Assembly (NCBI GenBank): GCA_946965045.2
Contig: OX337239.1
Coordinates: 620,001 to 684,000 of the forward strand
Direction: 5' to 3'
Source of the DNA: Epithemia pelagica
Lineage: Eukaryota > Protista > Bacillariophyta
DNA: 64,000 nucleotides
The notes beneath the pieces were generated by a model, which ran no database searches, was not told the origin of the DNA, and saw only the letters and a list, made by a program, of their open reading frames with translations. The position numbers were made by a program, and so were the translations under genes. Positions 46,904 through 58,095 of the stretch are shown one piece after another. Each line of letters begins with the position of its first letter. Within the stretch, counting starts at the first letter, position 1.

Positions 46904-48122
46904 AGTGTGTCGTGGAATGGGTCATTGACGGAATGTCCTCCTATCCGAGTAGCACCCCAACACTCACCAATAGGAGAGGGAAGATGGATTTGGTTTTCAA
47001 ACACTGTATTCACCGGACCCTCCCTGGAATGGAGTGCTCGCTGGTCAAGGCTCTCTTGTTGTTGGTGTTGTTGGTTCTTGTTGTTGTTGGCTGTGGTGGT
47101 ACTGGCTGTTTCGGGAGCCTGGTGCCATTTATTCCATAGTTTGGTAGTGTAGTCCGTGCTTTGGTACTTGGACGTTGAATGTCGAATCTTGGTGATTTGT
47201 GAGTTCGGAACTCGGACGATGATCCACCAACCAATCGCTGAAACATCTTTACGCCTTGTTGCAAACAACATATGCCGTACTAATCCCAGACATGGTTGCC
47301 GGGGGCCGATCATGAGAGAACATTTTTTATCTCCCAACGTGAAACCTTGCCCCGTCCCATGGACAATGAGTTTTGCGCTCTACTACTCTGTACAGACCAT
47401 ATGACCCACACTGTACATCCAACTGACGAAACGCGTACACGTTTTTATAATCCATTCAGAACCATAAATTTCAAAAAGTATCTCAGCTACTCGTTATTCA
47501 AAATGTCAGATACTTGTTTCTGACTGGAACAAGTTCACGCCTCGCTTTGTCTTGTCGTCAGGAATCCGAACAAAAGTAATGTTGGCCTTTTCCACGTCAT
47601 CTCTCAACATCCAAAGCAAACAATGACAGGCCACCCAGAGATCAGGACGAAGCATGTCTTGTCTATCTTGCGTCCAAACAATAAACTCGAAATCCAAATT
47701 CGAAAACAGAGGTTCTCTCCAATGGAAAGAGGCTGTGTTTTGTTTTTCTTACTACTGGTGTCCTGTCTAAATTCAATGATCAATTTAGAGAGACATCGTG
47801 GAAGGTTGGTCTATATTCGCAGTAGAGGCGTTGCGAGAGTTGCCTTGCACAGTCTCAACCTCTGGTTTGGTTCTTGTCATCCAACAAGGAAATTCTGGCG
47901 TTGCGAACCAATGGTTGGTCCAACGGAATGTCCATCTTTGTTTTGCCATCTTTGGTTGGTGGTGTGTTTGTGTTTGCTCTCTCTAGAGGTGGCATGAAAC
48001 CCCCGGACGAGTGGTTCCATGGAAATGGAGGCCAACCACCAAACTACACCAAGTGAAGTAGCCGACCTTGTTCGTTCGTACTGGCCTTGTTCCGCAAGGA
48101 CATCGTCACTCTTGTTTCCGTT

Positions 48123-48911
48123 TTAGTCCACGTCCAAATACAGTAGAACGTCCTGTGTAGGACTGTCCGTAAATGTCACTGCATTGCATGTCTCTTCTTG
48201 CTCGTCCTTGGTGGTTGTTGCGTCATGCTCTTTCTTGTGATCCTCGACAGGATCGATGTTGTTGTTGTTGTTGTTGTTGTTGTTCAGTGGTTTATGGGGC
48301 TGTGATTGTGGTGAAGGTACAAAAGTACGAGTCGAAGACTCCTTCGGTTTCCGGGTCGTTTTGTCGTCTGGATCCAATGGATGGTTGTCATTGTCGTTGT
48401 CATTGTCGGGCGATGGATCAATGCTCAACTCTTCCAACAAGTAGACCAAGGATGGATTGTATCGATACAGGCGCATCATGGCATGCAATTCTCCATCACT
48501 GTACCACAACCGGTGCCGTTCCATGTCGCTCAAGACATTGTAATTGTTGGTTCGGTTCAAGTCATCGTCTTCGTACTGTTGGAGTTTGTCCTGGAACCGC
48601 ACCCTACGGCGTCGTCGTCGTGGTCGTCCGGGACGACCATGCCGTCGTGGACCGGATCCATGACCCAGGAGGTACCAATGGAGACGTTGTTCGGCTGTGG
48701 GAGAAGGAGTCGGCGTAGTAGTACTAGTACTCGTGTGTTTCAGAATGGAGGTAGTTGTGGTGGTGGTGGTCACGACGGTGGTTGCCATAGCTTGTTGGGG
48801 TTCCGCCTCATTATTCTTAGTCTCTCGCACCACCATCCTTGTGTGTTTCGAATCATCATCATCATCATCATCATCCTCTTGGTCACTGCGCGAATCATGC
48901 GATTCAGCCAT
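48123..48911 (-). CDS. Hypothetical low-complexity protein with RVRF...LWYS motif
   Basis: RRRRVRFQDK...HRLWYSDGELHAMMRLYRYNPSLVYLLEEL, shared with the C-terminus of 50364-52262. Confidence 0.6.
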   Translation of the reverse strand: MAESHDSRSDQEDDDDDDDDSKHTRMVVRETKNNEAEPQQAMATTVVTTTTTTTSILKHTSTSTTTPTPSPTAEQRLHWYLLGHGSGPRRHGRPGRPRRRRRRVRFQDKLQQYEDDDLNRTNNYNVLSDMERHRLWYSDGELHAMMRLYRYNPSLVYLLEELSIDPSPDNDNDNDNHPLDPDDKTTRKPKESSTRTFVPSPQSQPHKPLNNNNNNNNNIDPVEDHKKEHDATTTKDEQEETCNAVTFTDSPTQDVLLYLDVD

Positions 48912-50363
48912 CAAAGTCAATCCAACGTTGCAAGAATAATGAGAGGCACAATGTGGGAAAAACGTGCAACAACATGATATAACACGCCAATGGTTTGAGT
49001 CTTGTCGTCTTACCGTTCGCTTCGACTACTACTACTACTGCTACTGCTGCTGCTGCTCATGAGCCCCGAATCCACCACCACGGCACTTGTTGTTTGCGAG
49101 ACCCACCAAAAGGGCCAGGGTCGACGCCGACGACGGGTTCCCACCGTGGATCCGTCGTGGTGGTGATGGTGGTTGGGACCATGGCGGCGGCCTTGTTGGT
49201 ACTCCTGGGCCACCGACACGGGATCGTAGTAGGTACAGGGCAAATCGGTATAAATCATACTGCCAAAACACAATCGAGGTAGGTAGTACGTCGGTTGTTG
49301 TTGTTGTGTCCAAAGAAGAAGAAAAACAACAACGCAGTCCACAGAGACACATCCAAAAATAATAATGCCAATCCATCAAGAGAGCATCTCCAATATCCAA
49401 CGGGAAATGGGCGATGACATGGGAGAGGGGAGAGGGAGGCCACACCAACCACCATCCACCACAAACAGAATCATACAATACAAAATACCACTCTAAAAAT
49501 CGTTGGGTATCCTGTTGAGGGAGAGAAGACACGAAGGAGACCTCGGAAGTCCCAAGAATTTCATACATACTCTCAGCTAGTAGAAACTGAAAGCATGTCA
49601 GTGATCTAATAAAATTTATCTGACTCTACTCCTGAAATCTCTATTATCTACAGAAAAATAGAATAGCAATACTACTGTCTAAGTAAATATCCTTTTATTC
49701 TAATCAGAAGCGATGAGTTGACTGGAATGCTTGTGACAAGATTCTTTTCCTTCTCTTGTCGTTTGTTTCTTGGATTCCCCCAATGAAATTTCGCGCACGA
49801 CGACACACGTCATAGTCAATAGTAAACCGTCAACACTCTCCTACCTAGAATCTCAAATTATTCCAATCTCGCCCCATCACAACCATGACATGGATGATGA
49901 TTGATGATGTCTCCGGGGGGAGAATCTGTCAAGGGAGGGAGAGAGACGACATCCAAAAGTCAAACACGGAATGAAACTACACACCTCCTATTCCGAATGG
50001 GGTAATCTCCCCCCACGACCACGATGCATGTGACTCGCAAACTGGCAACTCCATCATGGGCCATGATGATGATGATGCGCAAGTACGTGCGTACGATGGA
50101 CGGAATGGAGAAACGATACAACTGCAATGGGTCCAAGAGGAAGTGTCGATTGAGGACGGAGGAGGGCTCCGGACTACTGTCTACTCTAGTAGTAGGTAGC
50201 TATAGCTACTAGGATTGCTGTGCGTAGAAGGAACGTCCACCCCGAATCGCGATTCTGTGCGCGCAAGAGTCCACACAGAGTCGATGCCTCTTGCTGGTGG
50301 CCCTTTGCCAATCCACCACTGGGCCATTGTGTCTGTTCTTGGGTTTGGCGGGAACCTCTATAC

Positions 50364-52262
50364 CTAATCCACACCCATGGCAATCTTTTCCAACACCCAG
50401 CTCTTTTTCGGTTTCGGTTTTGGAACTGTTGTCGAGTCTTTCGTGACTGCTTGTGGTTGTGGTGGGTCATCCGAATCATCACTATCCTCCTCGGCCTCCA
50501 CCACGAGTTCTTCCAATAAAAATACCAAGGGCGATCGATACAAGTGCATCATTTGGCGAACTTCCATGGACGAATACCACAACATGTTATCGTCGTCATC
50601 GTCCCGCGTCTGCATGGGAGGATCCACAGCCACGACGGCTTTTTCGGTATCGTCCTGGTCGTCCTCGTCCTCCGTGTCGGACGAGGACAATCGAGGAAGG
50701 ACACTTGCCTCGGCAGTAGGTTTGGGTGGTGGTGGTGGTGTCGTGCCAATGTACTGCGTCGCGTCCAAATTGAAGCGAACCCGGGGATGACGATGGTGAC
50801 AACAACCACAGTATCGACCCCCACAACCGAACCAAACCCCACGCAACGGTGGAGGTCCTTTTCGTCTCCCGGTAGTCGGTCCCGACGGATTGGACCGTGG
50901 CGTGCGTTTGGTAGTCGTCGTGACTGGCTGGTTGGCAGTGGAACGACGACACCAACCAAAACAAGAGGCCCATAGGGCCAGACACCACAGTCCTTGTTGA
51001 ATGGTACGACACAGTACGTGTGGCACAGACAAACAAGACCACCGTGTCTTGTCGTCCTCCGGGTCACGACTACTACAGGCTGCCGATTCTTGTTCCGTCT
51101 CGTCCGACTTTTCCTCCGACTCTGGCATGGGTGCTGCTGCTGCTGCGGACGCGCTCTCGTCGTGAAGCATGGGCTCTGCCAATTCCTGGAGCAATGGTTC
51201 AGTCCGGTCATGGTGTTGAGGTGGTGGTGCTTGTTGTGATTTGGGAAGCAAGGCTTGGGCTGCCGTCTCGGTCTGTCCTCGCTCGGTCCATGGCGATTCG
51301 CGATGGAACAAGAGCCATCGGCGTCGTGTGCGCCGGTGATTATGGACATTCCAAAAGGATGATACGGCAAAAAGAGCCGTCGAAAGTGTTGTTCTTGTCG
51401 TTGTCGTTGTGGTGGGAGAAGGACAGGTTTGCACCGATTTCCACGAGTCTTTCCAACTAGTCGTCGTCGAGGATTGACACGTGGTGGTAGTACTGCTGCT
51501 ATCGGCACTCGAGGAGGACGCGGACGATGTCGTTTTGGTCCACAAGGTTGCGGTACGGGGGTGTGGTGGTGGTGGTGGCGACGAAGAAGAGGAAGCAGAG
51601 GGGCCATCCTGAAAGGCCAGCCGAGAAGAACCAAACAACAAGACCAGAGACCGCCTCCAGGAAGATAATAGTTGTGATTTACTGGACGATGGAATGGTGA
51701 CAATGACAAAGTGAGGTTGATCTTGGTCGTCCTCGTCCTTCTTCTTCTTCTTTTTGCGTGTGGCAGAGAGTCGGCGAGCCGGCACTTGGATTGCTCGTGG
51801 TCTTTTTTTACGGCAACTCAAGCACCAGTAGGACCTGCTAGAGGATTGATGTAAAACTCTATTTGGTGGATCGAGAGGTTCTGCCGTTGTAGAAGAAGGA
51901 GCATGGTCGTGATCTGTGCCAAGAGGAGGCAGCGTTTGTTGTTGTTGTTCTTCTTCTTGTTGTTGTTGAATCGAAGGCGCTTGTCTCATGTTATGAATGA
52001 TTGACTGCTGGTTGGCATTGGATTCGAGAGATTCGCTTAGTCTTGGTCTTTCGTCCGTGTCCACGTGAGAGTAAATACGCCATTGACCATCCTTGCTCAA
52101 GCGACAACTGCTGTTGCTAGACTTGGTTCGCCACCAGAGGCATCGGCCCACCATGCTCTGGCACGACGAGGATGATTCGTCCTTCACTGTCATTGCTGCT
52201 GCTCTACAACTGGAGACTGATTGGTGTGCCAGCCACACGAACCAAACAGTAGTTGGGGACAA
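50364..52262 (-). CDS. Hypothetical low-complexity protein with RVRF...LWYS motif (start uncertain)
   Basis: 632-aa ORF containing PRVRFNLD...MLWYSSMEVRQMMHLYRSPLVFLLEEL. Confidence 0.6.
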   Translation of the reverse strand: MSPTTVWFVWLAHQSVSSCRAAAMTVKDESSSSCQSMVGRCLWWRTKSSNSSCRLSKDGQWRIYSHVDTDERPRLSESLESNANQQSIIHNMRQAPSIQQQQEEEQQQQTLPPLGTDHDHAPSSTTAEPLDPPNRVLHQSSSRSYWCLSCRKKRPRAIQVPARRLSATRKKKKKKDEDDQDQPHFVIVTIPSSSKSQLLSSWRRSLVLLFGSSRLAFQDGPSASSSSSPPPPPHPRTATLWTKTTSSASSSSADSSSTTTTCQSSTTTSWKDSWKSVQTCPSPTTTTTTRTTLSTALFAVSSFWNVHNHRRTRRRWLLFHRESPWTERGQTETAAQALLPKSQQAPPPQHHDRTEPLLQELAEPMLHDESASAAAAAPMPESEEKSDETEQESAACSSRDPEDDKTRWSCLSVPHVLCRTIQQGLWCLALWASCFGWCRRSTANQPVTTTTKRTPRSNPSGPTTGRRKGPPPLRGVWFGCGGRYCGCCHHRHPRVRFNLDATQYIGTTPPPPPKPTAEASVLPRLSSSDTEDEDDQDDTEKAVVAVDPPMQTRDDDDDNMLWYSSMEVRQMMHLYRSPLVFLLEELVVEAEEDSDDSDDPPQPQAVTKDSTTVPKPKPKKSWVLEKIAMGVD

Positions 52263-53327
52263 GGAAGGAGTGTGCCTTGCGTTTGGTTTGTCGTCTCTTT
52301 GTTGAACGGCAATGAATCAACGACAAATGGTGAATCGTTGGGATTCGTGTTGGTTTGTAAAATGAAAGGGAGAGCGAGGGATCTGACAGAGGGAACCGAA
52401 TCTCCTGTGCTTTGTTCTTTGTTGGCTGGTCAGATCGCGGATGAGAACACGGCAGGTTGGTAGTCCAAAAGGCGAAGCCTCTTTGCCGAAGCGAGTGGAT
52501 TCGTGGAACACGAGGGAGCTTAGAGTTGTGTTGGGACAAGAGATGAGAATGCACTCTGCTTTGTTGTTGTAGTGCTGGTTTCTCTCCCTTGTGTGTGGGT
52601 TTGTGAGGGATGATGATGATGATGGCAATGGCATGTGGAACAAGGAAAGAAGACCCATAGAACGAACCTTGGTATGATGGAGGCGCATGCGTGTCCCATG
52701 GCGTTTCAGAACTATCCATCGGTGGCAAGTGGACGAATCTCCATACATGCCTTCTGTTATTGAAGGCAACGAGCGATGAGGTTTGGTCCCGTTCTCCGGG
52801 TTTGATTCTTCGCGTCGCGTTCGTCGTGTTGTGCGTTGAATCCCCTTTGGGTCGCTGTTCCATCTCACGATCTCTCCACCGGATCGTAGTCCCGCGGCAG
52901 CTCTATCTATCCGTACCGTATCTACATAGACGCCATGGCAAGTGGCAAGTCCATTATTTGTTCATGACTGGGTCGTCTCTATTTTATTATGATTATATAA
53001 ATATAGCACATGGAAAGACAACTCGTGTGCGCCTTCCGCAAAAGATTCCGATCGTCGTAAAGAATGCAAAAGTCTTGTGTTGTTCGTCCCCAGCAGCAGG
53101 GAGACACACCGTTTGGTTTTCGGTTTTGTCACACTCCAACAACAGCGTCCTGTGGTTTCTCATCCCCTCCTTTCCCAGTGGCACAGTTTCCTCGATTCTG
53201 GTCGTTGGTTTCGAGAACAATGGCACAGTCTTTCATAGCTCATCGACATGCCGTTTGTTTCTCGACACACAAACACACACACACACACTGAAACCAACCG
53301 CATGGTTCTTGTGCGTGGTGCAACTAA

Positions 53328-54620
53328 CTAGGCGGGTGAAAATTCCTTGTTTCGACGTTGGTGCTCTACCATGAAATAATCGGGTTGGGGTGAAACAGTG
53401 GTGGACAGCTGTGGAGAGGGTTCTCCTCCTCCTCCTCCTGTCAAGGGTGGAGACGACGGTGGTGTCGCATAGGTATCCAACCCGCCCAGGACAGTCCTGG
53501 CTTGAATGGGGCTTCCATGATAGGGATCAACTTGGGACCGTACCGTTCCTCGGCCTGTGGATGCGGGATACTGGAATTCGTCGTCTTGATGGTGGTAATA
53601 GGCATTTTGATATTCCGGGTCAATATCGCCATGATTGGCATGGACGACTTCGTAGGAGGTTAGCAGCATTTGCCAAATGGGTACCGATTTGGGTGATTTG
53701 GTCCATCCAGCTTTCCAGGCCACCAAACAATACAAGAGCAAGACCATTGCTTCTACCATACCATAGTAAAATGGAACCGCCAAGGCGCGAGCTTGTTCTT
53801 CCCCATCCAACATGGTCAACGCCAAGGACGTGGCAATGCCCACGTTTTGGTACCCGCATTCAATACTCACCGTCACTCGTTCTGGTTTGTCCAGTTGCAA
53901 GGCGGTCGTGACAAGATTGGCCAACCCCAGCGCCATGACACAGGGCAGGGGGACACCAAAATAAAATTCCCATTCACGATTCCATAACCGTGCTTCCTGT
54001 TCCATGTTGCTCAAGATTGCCGATACCACAATCAAGGCCAGACCCGCAAAGTTGCCCAATTGATTCATGCGCAAATTAAAGTTGGCTTCTCGAAAAGTGG
54101 CTGAGGCCAACAATCCGAGACCAATCGCCAAGAGCACCACCCCCAAGGCACCAAATACCGAAGACCATCGCAACAAGTTTGCCGTATCTTCCACAAACAA
54201 GTCGTCATTGTTCTCGTTATTATTATTTTGGGCTTGGTTGGCAGGATACGCCCAATGGTAGTAGAAATAAAGATTGAGAGGCATGAGCACCGTTGAGGCC
54301 ACTGTCGAAACGGCTGTCATGGTGACACTGAGCGCCAAGTCGCCATTGAACATGCTACACCACCAATTCGAATAACTCCCACCAGGACTGCTCGTCAAGA
54401 CCAACAGCAAGAGTCCGGTCGTAGCATCCATTTGTAGGCCCACCACGACGCCAAAACCCAAAAGGGGCAAAATGCCAAATTGCAAGAGCAACCCAGTTAG
54501 AATGGCCTGCCGATTCCGTATTTGTTGTTTCAAGGCTGCCATATCGACCGTTGCCGACATGCCAAAGACCAAGGCAAACAACAACAGTATGCCAAAACAT
54601 TCCAACCAACGATTCCACAT
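53328..54620 (-). CDS. Bile acid:sodium symporter family (BASS/SLC10, SBF) transporter
   Basis: LVFGMSATVD, GLLLQFGILPLLGF, SSPGGSYSNWWCSMFNGDLALSVTMTAVST, TVSIECGYQNVGIA. About 9 TM helices. Confidence 0.92.
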   Translation of the reverse strand: MWNRWLECFGILLLFALVFGMSATVDMAALKQQIRNRQAILTGLLLQFGILPLLGFGVVVGLQMDATTGLLLLVLTSSPGGSYSNWWCSMFNGDLALSVTMTAVSTVASTVLMPLNLYFYYHWAYPANQAQNNNNENNDDLFVEDTANLLRWSSVFGALGVVLLAIGLGLLASATFREANFNLRMNQLGNFAGLALIVVSAILSNMEQEARLWNREWEFYFGVPLPCVMALGLANLVTTALQLDKPERVTVSIECGYQNVGIATSLALTMLDGEEQARALAVPFYYGMVEAMVLLLYCLVAWKAGWTKSPKSVPIWQMLLTSYEVVHANHGDIDPEYQNAYYHHQDDEFQYPASTGRGTVRSQVDPYHGSPIQARTVLGGLDTYATPPSSPPLTGGGGGEPSPQLSTTVSPQPDYFMVEHQRRNKEFSPA

Positions 54621-55275
54621 GATGCAATAGCTTTTGCTTCAGATGAAGGAGAATGAAATGTCAATGAAAAAAAGACTCTATGCACTTGTTGTTGTTGTTG
54701 TCCACCGTAGGCAAAAGTACCAGTGGCCGAGTGATGATGCTCTATGTCAATGACTGTCGGACCTCGTCTCTTCCACAAAAAACTTTCGATCAATGGCAAG
54801 AATGATATCGGAACGAAGAGGCAAGCCGAATGCTTCAATAATCTCTGCACGAGCAACGATCAAAACGCAACTACAACCAGAGAACGTCCAAACAACTAGG
54901 AGTACAGAGGTAGGTGGACATTGCCTAAGGAAGAGGTGCACCTTCCTCCTCTGGTTAGTGGCCGCAACGAATGTTGTTCCTCCTTCCAACGCAAAAGAAA
55001 GATGTAGGGGAGTGCTTGCGGAAAATGGACAGAGGTCAACGCAAGTTTAACGGAGACATGCCGCCTCGCGTCATAATCAACGGACATGCTTGGTGGTAAA
55101 TAATCGGCGTGACTTCGCCGAACTAAAAATACTTAACGACAGACCGGCGGGCGTGGTACGTTGGATGCGGACATGCGGAGGGAGACGAGTCCGGGTGTCT
55201 GCTCGTCGATCCGTCCACCCTTCCAGGCTATGTCCAAGAACCGAGTCTCTGCTAGTGTGTAGGAGAGGTTTTAGT

Positions 55276-56016
55276 ACCCCCCAGCGGGGGTGTTTTTGAG
55301 GGAGTAATTTCGTTGAAACACCCCCTTCTCTGTTCGCTGGATCTTGACGGTAGGCATATCTCATTTCCTCCACCACGATAACAACACGACAATCAAACTT
55401 TGTTGTTGCTGGTGACCTCCAATGGCCACCCCATCATGATCTGACCATCATATGCTTCATCTGGGTACCATGGCAGTGCATTGTGAGGGACACAGTGGAT
55501 TCGGGCCACTCTAGGAAATGACCAATACAGTGACGCGTAATACAGGAACAATAGGTGACCATGATGGCATGAAAATACATGAGAGTTGATGTTTTGCTAT
55601 CAATGCAGCGCGTAACTACTACTGTTATGTGTATTGTAGATCAATAGGTGTTCAAACAATGCAAGATAAGAGCCATATTGTCCCTTTGAGTTGCTTCGTT
55701 CGAAATTGTGAGACGTCGCGTCCGTGCCTGTGCCACGAGGTATGGCGCCTATGAGTCTGATGCATAACAGCCTTAACCTTTAAACTTTGGTGATGCAGAT
55801 ACATTCTACACTATTGGTTTGAGGTCTATGACTGGGAAGACAGGTTTCAAGAGTCCAAATAGGTGCACAACAACCTGTGCAACACCATGGCCCGTGTTGC
55901 TATCGTGGTGGAGGAAATGAGATATGCCTACCGTCAAGAAATAGGTTATTATTTGCTCTTAGGGAAGGGAGTGGCTACACGAAATTACACCCTCAAAGCC
56001 ACCCCCGCTGGGGGGT
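55276..56016. mobile_element. Non-autonomous TIR element, 741 bp, ~115-bp TIRs, 12-bp TSD
   Basis: AGAGGTTTTAGT occurs at 55264-55275 and 56017-56028. Termini are ACCCCCCAGCGGGGGTG...CACCCCCGCTGGGGGGT. The inner TIR block CTTGACGGTAGGCATATCTCATTTCCTCCACCACGATA is inverted at about 55900-55940. Confidence 0.88.
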
Positions 56017-56582
56017 AGAGGTTTTAGTCTCATTGGGGTGCTCTATTCGCTTTGCCCAGTGTTATTGACACAAAATTTCCATATCTTGCATCTCCGTCTG
56101 CATTCATTGTTTTGGATGATGCGGTGATGACAAAGGAAAGCTCGTTTTTTGACTCGTTTTGCTACTACATCACAAGATGCATACCTCTAAAGGCAATATC
56201 ATCGTCAGCACCTTTTGTCGTTCCACTCTGGAGGTAGAGCGTAGAAAAACAGTCCATCTTCAGAGGAGCCACTCTTTTAGATGTTTTTGGATGTCTTTCG
56301 TAGAAAATTCAGACTCAACGTGTGTCGACAATCCCGGAACCCAGTCGGAGCCCTGTGACTACGATACGGCATTGATTTTAGTCAGAGGGTGCATGATCTT
56401 CGTTTTGGTGCTAAGAATGATAACAACAGAAGAGCAATAACAACAGACTGGCATTTGACTACGATACGCAGTTGATTTTCTCATATCCCACTCCCGATTA
56501 AACACACCCAGTTTTTCAATCCCATTTCCTTTTAAAACTCCGGGTACCCTTCCAATCACGCACGCCCCCCGGCCAAGGGCTA

Positions 56583-57016
56583 CCGTAATTTGCGCATTCC
56601 TGTCCCCCCTATAGTCCTGTCCCCCCCACTCCCCTTAAACCATACATGGCCCCCTAACTTTTTATCTGTAGGTTCTTTCTGGGCTTATGGGTTACCCCCA
56701 CATTCCTCACGTTCCGAGCTTTCTATCGCACTGCCTGACATTACATGGGAGTGAATCAAAGAGGAGAAACAAGAGATAAAGCATGATGGGTATTATGATT
56801 AGGGTTAAGGCTACGCATTGAAGCACGGTCTTTCCCCTGACTGGAATTGTGCGACCAAACCTTATCTACAACCCCGAGGTTGAAAATTAATTTACTAAGA
56901 AATTAATTGTACTGTGTGAATGGAATCTTAAGAAAAATTATCAAAAATTGCCTAGTCCTGTCCCCCTCCTCTTGATTTTTGTACATTCCGGGGGGACAGG
57001 AATCCGCAAATTACGG
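56583..57016. mobile_element. Tc1/mariner-type MITE, 434 bp, TA TSD
   Basis: TA|CCGTAATTTGCGCATTCCTGTCCCCCC ... GGGGGGACAGGAATCCGCAAATTACGG|TA; subterminal AGTCCTGTCCCCC repeats. Confidence 0.88.
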
Positions 57017-57444
57017 TAGTCGCCTATGTATTCCAAAGAGCATTGGATATATATACAAACAACACGCTTTCATCGTGACCATAAAATTGGCCACCCCGCG
57101 CTGGACAAATTCAAATCCATTTCCAGTTCAAAAACCGTCACATAGTTTGCATCCTATCATGGTGGACAATGACGCTCAGCCCCTATCTGAGGATAACCTG
57201 GTTCCTATCCAAGATCTAACACAACAATACCTGGATGATCTCTTTGCATCATTGGACAAAGAATGGCACTCGCCACTACAATTCCAAATGCATGTAGGCA
57301 ACAATTGTGCCAACAGTGACACAACTGTGGAACTGGACATTTGTGCCTTCTTTGGCCGACTACAAGCAGCGAATGGCATCAAGGGCAAGTACGCATACTT
57401 TGATCGTAGCACATACCCTCCTCTCCAATCTGCAGATGAACTCT

Positions 57445-58095
57445 CAAACCAAACAAGATATCGTTTGAACCGTCTCAAAAAGGGCTTTCCAACGAGCCAT
57501 TCAATGTTGAAATCCGACTTACATGTAGAAAGTTATCAAGGGTAGTAGGAGAGAGTGCTGGAACAGCCACCAAAAAGACCCCAAATTCCAAAATCAAATC
57601 GCTTCTGAAGGACCAAAGCAATCAAACCAAACAAGGTATCGTTTGAACTGTCTCAAAAAGGGCTTTCCAACGAGCCATTCAATGTTGAAATCCAACTTAC
57701 ATGTAGAAAGTTACCAAGGGTAGTAGGAGAGGGTGCTGGAACAACCACCAAAAAGACCCCAAATTCCAAAATCAAATCGCTTTTGAAGGACCAAAGCAAT
57801 CAAACCAAACAAGATATCGTTTGAACCGTCTCAAAAAGGGCTTTCCAACGAGCCATTCAATGTTGAAATCCGACTTACATGTAGAAAGTTATCAAGGGTA
57901 GTAGGAGAGAGTGCTGGAACAGCCACCAAAAAGACCCCAAATTCCAAAATCAAATTGCTTCTGAAGGACCAAAGCAATCAAACCAAACAAGGTATCGTTT
58001 GAACTGTCTCAAAAAGGGCTTTCCAACGAGCCATTCAATGTTGAAATCCAACTTACATGTAGAAAGTTATCAAGGGTAGTAGGAGAGAGTGTTGG
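57445..58095. repeat. 178-bp tandem array x~3.7 with ABAB higher-order structure
   Basis: CAAACCAAACAAG anchor at 57445, 57623, 57801 and 57979. Copies 1 and 3 share GATATCG/CCGTCTC/CCGAC; copies 2 and 4 share GGTATCG/CTGTCTC/CCAAC. Confidence 0.95.
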
